A stretch of 64,000 nt of DNA from Callorhinchus milii (lineage: Eukaryota). A program made the translations under genes and the position numbers. The stretch lies in the NCBI RefSeq assembly GCF_018977255.1, contig NW_024704742.1:89282001-89346000 (forward strand). Direction: 5' to 3'. Below the pieces are notes generated by a model. The model was not told where the DNA came from, made no database searches, and saw nothing but the letters and a program-made list of their open reading frames with translations. Shown here one piece after another: positions 25,103 through 37,806 of the stretch. The number at the start of each line of letters is the position of its first letter. The stretch's first letter is position 1.

Positions 25103-25357
25103 AATGGCAAGTTGTGCAGTTTTAGCTGGTTAGACTCCCCAATGCATACTCTGTGATCCCAAGCCTTGGTTCTCGCCAATCTGCACCTAATAAGTTCTGG
25201 AATTAGGTAAGCAGGATGCATCCCTCCAGTGATAGAGTGCGCATTTCATTCCAACAATCTATCTCTGAAATTTCCATGAGTAGGTGGGTGCATGGAATTT
25301 CTCAGTTTGGTTACTCTTAAGTACAGTGATGGGTTTCCACCTGTGTCAGACACCCGG
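25103..25357 (-). repeat. Unclassified ~260-bp dispersed repeat, copy 2
   Basis: Reverse complement begins 'ccgggtgtctgacacaggtggaaacccatcac' and contains 'catcctgcttacctaattccagaacttattaggtgcag'. Confidence 0.8.
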
Positions 25358-26579
25358 CTGACCAAAGAAAAACATTCCCTCTATAAAAAGTGAGTTTGGT
25401 TTACTACCCTACTTATTTTCTGCCTTCTCTTTTAAGCACAGGATTTGGGACCACAAGGTTCTGGATTTGAGCCAAACTTGTGATTAAAAAAGGGAGAGAC
25501 AGAGCATCGTTGCACTAAACCTATGTTTGAAAACTAAATCAAAGAGCCATTTTCAAATAACAAAGACCACATGCTGAAAATCAAAGAGAATAATGAATGA
25601 GATTCCAGTTATTGGCAATAGGCATTTTCAGTTGTATTTTCTGGGGACAGGATTGGTTCAAGGTTAATTTGCCATCTGAAGCTACTAGATCAGCAGGAAT
25701 TTGGGCACTTAGATATGGCTCCACGCTCAATGTCACTGTCTCCTCAACATGATAGTTGAAACCAAGCAAAATTATATTTCTATGTGTTCAAACTGTGGTT
25801 GGCTCATGTCTGTGTGTGTGTGTGTGTGTGTGTGCTAGGAAGAGGTGTGGAAGGGAATGTATTTTTACAGTACAGATTTGTGCCAAGGCTTGCACCAGCA
25901 CTATGCTTTGTGGAAACCTTTTCTGTGGGCTAAGCCTTGCAGGAAAAAATGCTATAGTTGAAAAGGCCTAAATATACTCTCTTGCAATGAATAGCTTTCA
26001 GTTACCACCTTAACAGAATGCTTGCAACTTAAATGTAGTACACCCACCGCTATGTCTGAAGCACACTTAAAGAAACATTAAGCATTTAAAATATTGCAAT
26101 GCATTTCTTGTTGCGAAGCCAGTTTACCAACCCATATCCAATCCTTTCCATTTCTAATCTAAAAGCCTGTTTTGATTTTACCATGTTAAAGGATCATAGA
26201 TCTAAAAGGTTAGAAATTTGATTAATTTTACTGAACAAAACTGCTAATACATACATTCTACTCTTTGCATTTCCACATTAGATAATGATGATTTGTTTGC
26301 CTCAGCAGCCAACACAACCAATTACAATTTTGTGCATGTGGGGAGGAGGAGGGGGTGATCTTTGGCTGATTTTCCTGGTTAAAATGCATTGATCTGTTTT
26401 GGACCCTTTGTGTGGAAACAAAAGAGGGCAAAAAATTGCTGAAGGGAGGGAGGTTATTAAAAATAAATATTGCGTGAAATGTATGACTCCGCAACCAATT
26501 TGAAGGAAAGAAATGTTCACTGCACGAAAATACATGCAGTGTCGGAGCCAATAAGGGGCTGAAATCGACACGTTTTAGA

Positions 26580-26945
26580 AAGACCTTTCCAGGTCTGATA
26601 ATCTGTCCTAATTAGGCTGTGTCATTGGCTTCCTTCACACCTTCATAAATGATTTAATTTCAGGTTTTTGCATATTCCCATTGCCAGAGCGATGCTATCA
26701 TTGCCTGCATATTAATCAACCCTGCTGCAGAACAGGACTCATACCGTACTTGATACTGTAATTTTCAACCCAACCACAGACTGAAATGCATAAATTATCA
26801 CTCATGCCCCCTCATAAAGCCAAATAATTATGGAATGATAAAATATCATTATCTTCCATTGAATAACTTGGAAGAGCAGGCTTGCTTTGCACTGCATTAA
26901 ACCTAAACTGACTTTTCAACCACACTGCCTCATTGTGCAGTAATG
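26580..26945. promoter_or_regulatory. Candidate conserved non-coding element (enhancer-like)
   Basis: Repeat-free tract dense in TAAT/ATTA, with POU-like tgcatattaat and atgcataaatt and a tgatttaat motif. Conservation itself cannot be seen. Confidence 0.4.
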
Positions 26946-27858
26946 AGTGTGAGACGTCCCCAAAACACAGGAGGCTCGCCCTCCACCTCACGGTTTGTTT
27001 CCTACTATCCTGAAATTCTACTTTGCAGGATCCCTCTATCAGAGGAAAGAGTCATGCACTCTCTAACCCATCAACTCCGTGCATTGTTTTATATACTTCA
27101 ATCAAATCACCCGTTAACTTCCTCTGCTCTAAGGAATGTAGGAAAAACAAGAACAGTCTACAATTATATAGCAGCCTTCACATCTGGAGGACGTGTCAAA
27201 GCACATCCCTCCCTCGCCACCTTCAAGTCCCATCTTAAGACCCTCCTCTTCGACCGTACTTTCGATCTCCCTGCTTTCCCCCCTGCCCTCCACCCTCCCC
27301 CACCCCGAACCTCAGCTCAGGTCCATTACTCTATCTGTCCAGCGCCTTGGGACATTCTCCCGACGTGAAAGGTACTATACAAATGTAATTTTGTTGTTGA
27401 CTGGGCACATGAGCTGGGAAAAGGGGGCGCGGGGTAGTTGATTGAAAAAGAACCCCAAGCCAACATACCTCTCACCATAGCTGTGCCCCTTGAACCCAGA
27501 TAAAAGTGGAACTGCGGGTTTAGGAGATGTGCTGAATGCCCAAGGTAGCCAAAAAAAACAGAGCATCAGTAAAGGATCTCAGTTTCATTAAAATGTGGTC
27601 AATTGTATGACAATTATGACTGGTGATAGTTATCACATTACTAACAGCATTTCCCCATCCTCAATATTTATGGATAAGTTTATTAAGCAAGCACCTGTTA
27701 AGGTTGTAAAACCCACTGTCAATGCACTCGACATGCTTCAACCTTATAGGCGCTATATCAAATAATAATAATAATCTTGCATTTGATATAGCGCCTTATC
27801 ACATCTTCAAAACTCAAAGCACTTCACAGAATATACTGTAAAGTGAATTGACTGTATA

Positions 27859-28078
27859 TTCTCTTTGACCGAGCCTTCAGCTCCCCTCTCGACTCTCTTC
27901 CCCCTCCTCGCTCCCTCCCTTCCCTCCCCTCACCCTGACCATTTCCCCCCTCCTCGCTCCCTCCCTTCCCTCACCCTGACCATTTCCCCCTGCTCGGGTC
28001 CTGACCCAACTGTGCAGCGCCTTGGGACGTCCTCCTGACGTGAAAGGCGCTTTATAAATGGAATCTTGTTGTTGTTGT
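27859..28078 (+). mobile_element. Young L2 3' tail
   Basis: Nearly identical to the reverse of 32488-32725, including the duplicated 'ccctcaccctgaccatttcccccc' unit; ends 'aatggaatcttgttgttgttg'. Confidence 0.9.
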
Positions 28079-28869
28079 ATACATTTTGTGGGCAAAACGT
28101 GAGGATTATTATTATTGTAAGATATGTCTAGTGCTTTCACTGTTTGATAAAAGATGCATTAATACAGCTTGTTCTTTTAAAACTGCTTTTACACTTCTAA
28201 TCAGTTGTTTATCTATTTTGCTCGGTTTCAGTGGCGCACGAGTTCCCCACGTAGGAGGGCAACCTGTTCCCAGACATCTGTTGTTGATGCTCCATATCCA
28301 GCCACAGGGAAACGTGTGAGAGAGGTGTGGATTGAGCATACTTCCTGATATTTCCCTTCCTTGCCATCAATGGACAAGACCTCACACCTCTGCTTGCTTC
28401 CTCGCTTAAATACCAATCGGTGAGGTTAGGAATTCACCATCTGGGGACTTTCAGGGCTAAAGCCTGTATTTGTGACTGTCACACAGCGTGTTAGAGCAGC
28501 AACATACTATGCTTCTGGGACTATTCTTAATGTTTTCTATAGGATGTTAGGGTGGTGACCATTTAACCATTAATGTTTCAAAGGCATTTCCAATACTTTT
28601 TCCATACAGCATTGTCAAATAAAAGTAGAGCTTGCCGGACAATAAACCTTTTGAAATGGACTATCCATCAGCGTTGAGTATTGTTTTCCCTGCTAAACCA
28701 CAAGTGTGGTATAAAACCTAATATTAAAATACAGTTACCCGTGCTTTTATTACTGCATAAATTTGATTCAATTAAACCTTTTATATGTCCAGAGGCACGC
28801 TAATGTAAACACAAGGTAGCTTTTAACTCTCTCCAAAGAATCTGTTCACCATCTTGTGAATCCACATAC

Positions 28870-29480
28870 TCTAGTTAGGTCAAATTTGGGAATTAGAGGC
28901 AGTTACAGCCGGTGCAATCGTATATATTAATAATGTGCCAGGGAGCTAATTTTAATTTTTAGCATCATGACTCACTGTCACTTTAAATATTCTATGAATA
29001 TAAATACATTCTAACAGCGCCAGGCTGCAGTCTCACTGTGTCAGTGACAGCAAAGGGCTCCCCACTTCTCCTTCCCCTGCCCGACCTGTCAATGTTAAAA
29101 TATATTTATGTTCTTGTAATATTTACAGTCCCAATGAATCACAAGGCCTAGAAATGAAACGAAATGAAATGAGCTGGCTGACAAATTATTAAAATGTAAA
29201 CTTTTTGCCAGTGTGACTGAGGAATTTCCACAATCTGTGCAGAGAGTCTTGAAAAAAATAGTCCCAGTCCCCACGGCTGAATAAATTATGCAAATGCAAA
29301 CCCATTGAGCAACAAATCTATTCAGCCGTCTGTATCCCTACATGAGAGGTACAAATTAATTCACATCCTGCATGTCGTTCTGCTGTATATTATAGCTCGG
29401 AAAAAAGGAGCATGTTAATTCCGACTTGCTTTAAATGAACAATGAATTCAAATTAACCAGCTTTACAGTATGAACAGTAG
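28870..29480. promoter_or_regulatory. Candidate conserved non-coding element (enhancer-like)
   Basis: Lies in a ~1.7-kb tract with no recognisable repeat; octamer ATGCAAAT 29288-29295, TGACTCA 28968-28974, several TGACAG/CTGTCA, AACAAT and TAAT motifs. Confidence 0.4.
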
Positions 29481-30139
29481 AAATAAGCTCAGTGAAAATT
29501 GAATCCAAACCCAATTCCACCTTCTGCAATACACGATTCAGGCCAGAACCAAATGACTTATTCCGACTGAGTCATTCAAAATTCTTCAATATATACCCCT
29601 AGCCACCCAATATGTGTCACCCTCTATGTGTAAGCATTGCGATACCCAAACCCCAGTCTAGGAAGAGATTCAATTTTTGTTGAATAACAACAAGATTGAT
29701 GAGGACTGAGCCAGTATAGTGTTAGTCAAACTCGGACTTCATCCAAACAGTCTTGCCTTGCCACTGGTTCACTCAATTTGTGTCCTGCTTATACGGCGCT
29801 GTTCGTGATGTAACAAGGTAATATTCATAATGTTTCACAGCACAAGGCGGTCGAGCGAAGCGATTTGAAGACGAATCATACTGCAACCCTATTGCTGAGG
29901 CCTGCTTTGAAGAAGTGGTTTTGGCAGCACATCAGCACAGCACACCGCTGTGGTGAAATTCAGCAGCTATCAACTCAACCGAGCTCTGCTCATAAATGCT
30001 CTCTTCAGGGTTACTGACAGACCATTCCTATGCAATGCATAAGGACTTTAAATATGTTTTAAACAAAGGAACAGTTTCACATAGGAGTAGACCATTGGTC
30101 CGTCACCTGCTCATTCCCATAAGATTCCTTTAATGCATC

Positions 30140-30400
30140 CCATCTGCTTGTTCAGGTGGACGTTAAAGATCCAACGGCACTATTTGAAAAGAAAGGGAGT
30201 TTCTCCTGGTGTTGTGGCCAACAATCCCAAATAAAATTGGTCTTTCACTCCATGGCTGTCTATATGACATTGCTATGCACAAACTGGGTGCTGCGTTCAC
30301 TCACAAAATCACAGTTAATCCACTTCACAGTATATCCTGTGAAGCACTTTGAGACATGATTAAGTTGCTATATCAAATGCATGGATTATTATTATTATCT
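30140..30400 (+). mobile_element. Headless Deu-domain SINE
   Basis: 'gttcaggtggacgttaaagatccaacggcactatttgaaaag...ggccaacaatcccaaataaaattggtc', tail 'gctatatcaaatgcatggattatt'. Confidence 0.85.
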
Positions 30401-30895
30401 TTGCAAAAATCTAAACATGTCGAATCATTTTATTTGACAAGGAACTTCCCTTGTTTCTTTTTTTAAATCCTTTGCAGCAGGGAATATGTTCTATGTGAAG
30501 GGCTAATTATCACATGGAAAGAAAGTGTGATTAAAACTTGTTGAGGTTCAAGATTGAACATCTTCTGATCTCTGGAGAAGATGGAGTCTCTGGATCTCTG
30601 GAATCAAGTTTGGTTGGAATTATTCCCCTCTGTGACACAATGATTCAATCCCGCTTCACCAGTGTGTTCATTTTAAAGCTAACCTGAGATGGATTAGTGG
30701 CAGGAAGAATGTTTGGATGAGGTCTGATCCACAGTCTGGCTAGGTGTGCACTTAAAGCAGATACTGGGAAGCATTTCTTTACCCAGAGCATAATTAACAA
30801 CTGGAATGAGGTAAGGATTCTGGACTCATTCAAAAAGCATCTTGACACTGTAATCATAGGATGGTTAGGTGGATGCTCTAGAAGGATGAGATAAA

Positions 30896-31298
30896 GGTGT
30901 CAGCCTGGCTCAGTGATAGCACTCTGAGTCAGAGGTTGTGGGTTCATACCCCAAGTTGAGACTTGGAATCACACAGTCTAAGCTGACACTCGAGTGCAGT
31001 GGGTGTGTTGCATTGTCAGAAGTGCAGTCCTTCAGATGAGACGTTAAAACAAGGTCACATCTGCCTGTTCAGGTGGACGTTAAAGATCCTGTGCCACTAT
31101 TTGAAGAGTGTGTTGCAACAATTCTCCAAATAAAATTGGTTACTCAGACCACGTCTGTTTGTGGGACATTGCTGTGTACAATGTACTCCTGTGTTTCATG
31201 CACAAACTACAGTCAATCCACTTCAAAGTATATTTTGTGAAGAGCTTTGAAACATCCTGATGACATGACAAGGCGCTATCAAATGCAAGGATTATTAT
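30896..31298 (+). mobile_element. Deu-domain SINE, near full length
   Basis: 'ggtgtcagcctggctcagtgatagcactctgagtcagagg', Deu 'ccttcagatgagacgttaaaacaaggtc...caggtggacgttaaagatcc'. Confidence 0.9.
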
Positions 31299-31542
31299 AT
31301 CTATTTCCTTTATATATACTCTCTGTCTGCACTTCAAGAAGGATCTGAATAACCAATTTACGTAGAGGCATGATTAATACCTCATCAGAAAAGTCTTGCA
31401 ACTGGGAGTGGCATGGGCATATTTGTTTTCAGATATCTCCTATCATTCATGAGTTATTTTCAGTTTTGTGTTTTTCTCTGCGATTACACCTTGTGGTCGC
31501 CAAGTCAAAGTGGCATCGTGCGTCACAAAGCACCTCCATATT

Positions 31543-31862
31543 TGGAGTCCTGTAGCTCAGTGGTTAGAGCACTCGCTTTGCAAGCGAGAGACCTGAGTTC
31601 AATTCCAGGCAGGGCGAAACCTTGGGCAAGTTTCCTTACTCCACACGCCTAATAATAATCCCTCCAAAACCAAAAACAATAATTAAATTGGTCATTTTCA
31701 ATCTATGATTGTTTGTGGGACAATGCTGTGCGCAATTGGCTGCCGCATTCGCCCACAAATATACAGTCAATTCACTTTACAGTATATTCTGTGAAGCGCT
31801 TTGGGACGTCCTCCCGACTTGAAAAGCGCTATATCAAATGCAAGGATTATTATTATTATTAT
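31543..31862 (+). mobile_element. tRNA(Ala)-derived SINE, short young form
   Basis: Head folds as a cloverleaf with TGC anticodon loop (ctcgc-tttgcaa-gcgag); L2-matching tail 'gggacgtcctcccgacttgaaaagcgctatatc'. Confidence 0.95.
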
Positions 31863-32487
31863 ATGTACATGCACACTGTACGGCACCTGGTGGCCGCGCC
31901 AGTTGACCGCAGCACTGTGGCATTATCCGTCACAGAGCACGTACATATGTACGCATACATTACAGTTACACCTGATGGCCACATCGACTGACCGTGAGAG
32001 CCAAGCAGCAGGAACAAAATAAAGAACACAGACGAAGCTAAGCCGCGGCAACAACAACTAAACTATATTTTTAAAGCACCGAGTTCTCCCACTGAGTCCT
32101 CCCAAAAGTAGATCTCCCACAGAAGTCCTCCCAGATGAGTGTAGATAAAGATGAAATATCGGTCTGTGTGTCAATCTACATTCCATATTGAATCCTTTGG
32201 TTGCAAGCGAAGCTGCAATGGGTACAGCTAGTATTATTATAAATTGGCTAGAAGGGCCTTCTTCAACCAAACCTCTCTTGTGATACATTGTTAATCCCTG
32301 CATTATTCAACAGAAAGTTTAATTTTAAGGCAAAGACCAAAAGCTTCTTTAACTACGTGGAATGTTGTCCGGTGAACTTAGTGAGCTGAGCAGCAATTTA
32401 TTTTTAATGTTATTAATCTGCCATTCCCAGGACTGACTCTTAAATAACATTTTGAAACAATCTAAGACTCAGTATCTGGAATTCTGC

Positions 32488-32725
32488 ACAACAACAACAA
32501 CAACAAGATTCCATTTATAGAGCGCCTTTCACGTCAGGAGGACGTCCCAAGGCGCTGCACAGTTGGGTCATGACCCGAGCAGGGGGGAAATAGTCAGGGT
32601 GAGGGGAGGGAAGGGAGGGAGAGAGGAGGGGGGAAATGGTCAGGGTGAGGGGAGAAAGGGAGGGAGCGAGGAGGAGGAAGAGAGTCGAGAGGGGAGCTGA
32701 AGGCACGGTCAAAGAGAAAGGTTTT
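32488..32725 (-). mobile_element. Young L2 3' tail
   Basis: (caa)n then 'gattccatttatagagcgcctttcacgtcaggaggacgtcccaagg'. Confidence 0.9.
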
Positions 32726-32780
32726 AAGTTACGAGTGTACAACATCTACGATTGAATGATTTGCATTAGTATAGTTCCCT

Positions 32781-33096
32781 TAATAATAATAATCCTTGCA
32801 TTTGATATTGCGCTTTTCATGTCAGGAGGACGTCCCAAAGCGCTTCACAGAAACACACTGTAAAGTGAATTGCCTGCATATTTGTGGGCGAACGCGGCAG
32901 CCAATTGCGCACAGCAATGTCCCACAAACAGTCGTAGATTGAAAATGACTAATTTATTATTGTTTTTAGTTTTGGAGGGATTATAATTAGATGTGTGGAG
33001 TAAGGAAACTTGCCCAAGGTTTCGCCCCGCCTGGAATTGAACCCAGGTCTCTCACTTGCAAAGCGAGTGTTCTAACCATTAAGCTACAGGATATCC
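32781..33096 (-). mobile_element. tRNA(Ala)-derived SINE, short young form
   Basis: Reverse complement nearly identical to 31543-31862. Confidence 0.95.
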
Positions 33097-33265
33097 TTCA
33101 CATAGGATGACATCTCAAAGTGCTATTTAGTGGAGGGATTGGATGCCAAGCCAGGAAGAAGGGGAGAAGGAGAGATGACCACGGGCGTGATTGAACAGGT
33201 AGGTTTTCAGGTGGGATTTAAACATAGATAAAGAGGGGGGAAGGCAGAGAAATTGAGGTAAAAAG

Positions 33266-35817
33266 TCTCCTCTCTTCCCTGTCCCTCTGCTCCGAGCGCC
33301 TGCTCATAATGGGCGATTGCAACCTCCACCTAAACTTCCCTTGCATTACTTCTTCCGACTTCACTGCCCTCCTCTCCTCTCTAAACCTCACCCTTCATAT
33401 AAACTCACTTACCCACAACCGTGGTCATGCACTTGACCCCGTTATCACCCATGGCCTTGATTCAGACCTCAGCATAGTGGACAAGGCCATTTCGGACCAC
33501 TTCATCAACTCCTCCCACATCCCTCTTTCCTCCACCAAGCCCTCAACCATCCTCTACCGCCCTTGGAAAAGGCTACCCCTTGAGACCCTCACAAAGGCCC
33601 TCACATCATCAAACATCCTATCTCTCTAGCGGAGATCCTGAAGCAGCCGTCCAGCTGCTCCATGATCACCTCTCCTCCACCTTCAACTCCCTCGTCCCCT
33701 TGAAATCCAGGACCATCTCCAAACCCACCCGATCCCCCTGGTAGAACAACCCTCTCCACTGCCTAAAAACTCAAACCCATCTGCTCGAGCACAGATGCCG
33801 GAAAACTGGCCTGACAGTCCACCGCCAACTGTGGCTCGAGCATCTCCACAGCTACCGCCGTTCCTTGACACTCACAAAAACGGCCTTCTAACTCCAACGT
33901 CATCTTGGAGGCTAAACACAACCCTAAAATCCTTTTTTCCACCACCCACTACCTCCTCCGTGCCCTCCCTCAGGCCTCCTCAATCTTCATATCAAATGCG
34001 AAGTTTGAGGAGGTCATGGACTTCTTTTCAACTAAAATTCACAACATCTGTCAGGCAGCCTCATCCACCTGCCTCTCGTCACCCACCACCACCCCCTCTC
34101 TGTCCCCCTCACCTTCCTCATCATCTGCTCCTACCACCAACCCCATCTGACATTCCTTTCTCCCCATCTCTCCCTCCTCCCTCTCACCCACCATTACCTC
34201 CATGAAACCCACTACTTGCTGCCTCGAACCCTCCCCACTAACTTACTGGTCACCCAGCTCTCCCTTCTCTGCCCACTACTGGCTGACGTCGTCAACCAGT
34301 CCCTCACCTCTGGATCAATCCCTGCCCCCCTCAAAACTGCTGTCATCAACCCCCTCCGCAAGAAACCCTCCCTAGATCCCTCAAACCCCAGCCACTACCT
34401 CCCTATTTCTAACCTGCCATTCCTCGCAAATGTCCTAGAACGCATTGTTGCCAATCAACTTCATGCACACCTCTCCTCCCACTCCCTCTCCGAACCCCTC
34501 CAATCCGGCTTCCGCCCTGCCAACAGTACAGAGACTGCGCTTGTGAAAGTCACAAATGACATCCTCTCGAAATCTGTGACCAGGGCTCCCTCTGCCTCTG
34601 TGTCCTCCTGGATCTCTCTGCGGCATTCGACAGAGTCGATCATACAATCCTCTTCCACTGCCTTTCCTCCGTCATCCACTTCAGTGGGACCGCACTCGCC
34701 TGGTTCGAGTCCTACCTCACAAACCGCCAGCAGATATCTGCACAAATGGCTTCGCCTCCTGCTCTCACCCGGTTACCTTTGGGTACCCCAAGGATCCATC
34801 CTTGGCCCCCTACACTTTCTGATCTTTCATGCTCCCTCTTGGGGATGTCATCCGCAGACACGAGGTACATTTCCACATATACGCAGACGACACTCAAATC
34901 TATTTTTCCACCTCTCTTTGTGATCCCCAATCCCCTGATGTTCTGTCAGCCTGCCTGTCAGATCTCAGGGGCTGGATGAGCGCAAATTTCCTTCAGCTGA
35001 ACTTTGACAAGATGGAAGCCATACACTTTGGCTCTCGTCAACGTCTAAAATCGCACGGCTCTCATTTCCTCCACCTACCCAACCTTCCCCTAAAACTCTC
35101 CGAACCTGTACGCAGTCTATGCATCATGTTTGACCCCCAAATATCTTTCCTCCCCCACATCTGGTCCCTCACCAGCACTGCCTTCTTCCACCTCTGACGC
35201 ATTGCCTGCCTCCGCCAATACTTCTCTCTGAAAGCCGCTGAAACCCTAATCCATGCCTTTGTCACCTCTCGGTTGGACTATTCTAATGCCCTCCTCGCCG
35301 GCATCTCATTCACTACCATCCATAAAATCTAGATCATTCAAAACTCTGCCGCCCACATTCTCACCCGCACCAAACTCAGCTTCCCGATCACCCCAGTCCT
35401 TGTCAGGCTGTCTGTCCCAGAGAGGATCAATTTCAAGATCCTCACCCTTGTCTTCAAATCCATTCATTCCTCTGCACCCCCCGACCTCTCGGACCACCTC
35501 TCTCCTCAAAACAGTGCCTGTTGCCTTCGTTCCTCCGGGACTGGCCTCCTTCACGTCCCCGAGTCCTCCGCTCCACCCTTGGAAGCCGTGCCTTCAGCCA
35601 CTATGCCCCGAGGCTCTGGAATTCCATCCTCACTCCCTTTGCCTCGTTCCCTCTCTTCCTATTTTCAGGTCTCTGCTGAAGACCTTTCTCTTCGACCGCA
35701 CCTTTGGTCACCTTCCTCCCCCTCCCCCTGGCTCGGCGCCGGGATCCGTTACTGTAAAGCACTCTGTGACACCGTCTGGTATGGAGGGCGCTATATAAAC
35801 CCAAGTTGTTGTTGTTG
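33266..35817 (+). mobile_element. 5'-truncated, frameshifted L2 LINE (AP endonuclease C-terminal part + reverse transcriptase), inserted into an older antisense L2 tail
   Basis: MGDCNLHLN and SDHF (APE); [37 protein letters not shown] (~34880); (ttg)n tail. The older antisense tail flanks it at ~33097-33265 and ~35818-35855. Confidence 0.95.
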
Positions 35818-37728
35818 AGACAGAAAGTGCCAGAGACTAGGGGTGTAGTGGCTACCATTGGTACTCACAGCATAAGCAAATAATTAATTCAAACTTGATA
35901 GGATTGCCAAATTTTAATTTACCTGGAGCCTTCACAAACAGTCATAGAGAGGGGAATGTTAGACTCCTATCTGGGGCTGTATCCACGTGATATTCACTGT
36001 GTAACCCAATGCTCTCATAGTTCATCATCTTAAAAGAGTGAGAGAGAAAAAAGCAGCCATCAAAACAAATTATTCATGGTGACTTTAGATTAATTAATGA
36101 GATAACCCCTATTAAAGGAAACTGGTCAGAAAGCCTTTTCTGTGAGATTTTCATATTCCCTGTGAGACTCCATTTGAATTATTGATTTTCGGAAATCCGA
36201 TGATGAAACAGTGTTGCTTCCTACAGGTCAGACCATGTGGGTAAGAGTTTAGGTCAATGTTGCCTTGAATAAAACCCTACTGTTGAGGAAAATAAAGACA
36301 CCTCCGTGATAACCATTACAAATACCATTAACTGCCTGACATTATTCCATGTGAATCATTATGATTTCAGGATGAGGTCAGTAGAGATGGTTAAAAGTGC
36401 AAACATTGATTCTGTGAGCTGATTTGAAACTCTCAGTTCCATTCAGATACATATCGAGGCACACCTTAACATTAATAAATTGTTAGCTGGCTTCCCATCG
36501 TTTTCAAATAACTTCCGTTGTAGAAATTCTAAGCTGTAGAAAGAAGATTTTAGTTTAAAAGATGCCAAATTTGTCTACAAAATACAGTCAGCCTACTTTA
36601 GTTGGTAGCACTCTCATTTCCAAATCAGGAAGTTGTGGGCTCAAGCCCTACTTCGGGACTTGGAACCCATTTAGTTTAGGCTGACAATACAGTGCTGGGC
36701 CTGTGAAATGATAGATGTGGGGAAGCTTCTACACCAAACTTTGATCCACTCCCCCATATCGACATATCCACAATATCTTCTGTTTAGGAAAAGGAAAATG
36801 TCTTTCAAGTTATGACTTCAAATACAACTGAATTTAACAATACAGTAGAGTTCCATAATTCTATGCAATCTTAGTTTTTTTTGAACAAAATGCTCTTAAA
36901 GGCTAAGACTAGATGAAGTTTGTGGTTTCAGTTACACCCTATTACAAGTGTTTATTTTGTCCAACAGGAAGAGAACTGTTAGTGTTTAAGGTGGGAAAAA
37001 TGTATTCGACTATGAAATAGAGCTACAGCATCGGCACAGACTTCCAGAGATGTGAAAGTAGAATCCCAGCAAAAATAAATACTGTGATTTCAATTTTAAA
37101 AAAGTGAAGAAATGTCTTGTTAAAAAGGAACTTAAGGTTATAAAATAAGGATAGACGCAGATGATCAAATAGTTAATGAAACAAGATGGTTCATGCACTA
37201 CTGGGACCAGAGTTGAGTGGACTGTGAAATGTAATTGATCAGACTTGAATAGTGTTAGGCTGTACAGTAGGATTAACATTCCACAGTTTAGTTTGTGTGT
37301 CAAGGGAATCTCACAGAAATTTTGTCTTCACAGAGGCTGACCTCTGGCTGTTGTTTCCTTTATGAAGTGAAGGTTGCTCGGCGGCCATTCAACTCGCCAA
37401 TCCTTTTCTGCTATATTATTAGATCACACCCATTAATACCCTTATATATATCCACCATCCATCCATCCATCCATTCATTCATCCATGATTTGTTGGTAGA
37501 ATGGATTTATTGGGCTAAATGCCTTTTCTTCTTATATTCTAAACAGATGATAAATCTGTAAACTCCTGTGTAAATTTCAATTAATAGAACTACACACATT
37601 TGAATTTCCTGAAAAATCTCACCCTTTTACATCAAATAGTACACTTTATGTTAGAATCATAGAAAGTTAGTAAAGTAGCACTGAAGTAGGATATTCGACT
37701 CACCTGGTCTGTGTTGGTGCTAGTCTCC

Positions 37729-37806
37729 ACATTTGTATAGCGCCTTTCAGGATGTCCTCCCGATGTGAAAGGCACTATACAAATGTAATTGTGTTGTTGT
37801 TTGTTG
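37729..37806. mobile_element. Fold-back mini-insertion made of two inverted L2 tail ends, inside an antisense CR1 tail
   Basis: acatttgtatagcgcctttca (37729-37749) pairs with tgaaaggcactatacaaatgt (37766-37786); flanked by tagtct at 37721-37726 and 37807-37812. Confidence 0.75.

Noticed and set aside
31543..31620. tRNA-Ala gene (cloverleaf with TGC anticodon), also at other SINE heads
   Set aside because: Each copy continues into a SINE body and L2-type tail; the acceptor stem is imperfect and lacks the G3:U70 alanine determinant. These are SINE heads, not tRNA genes
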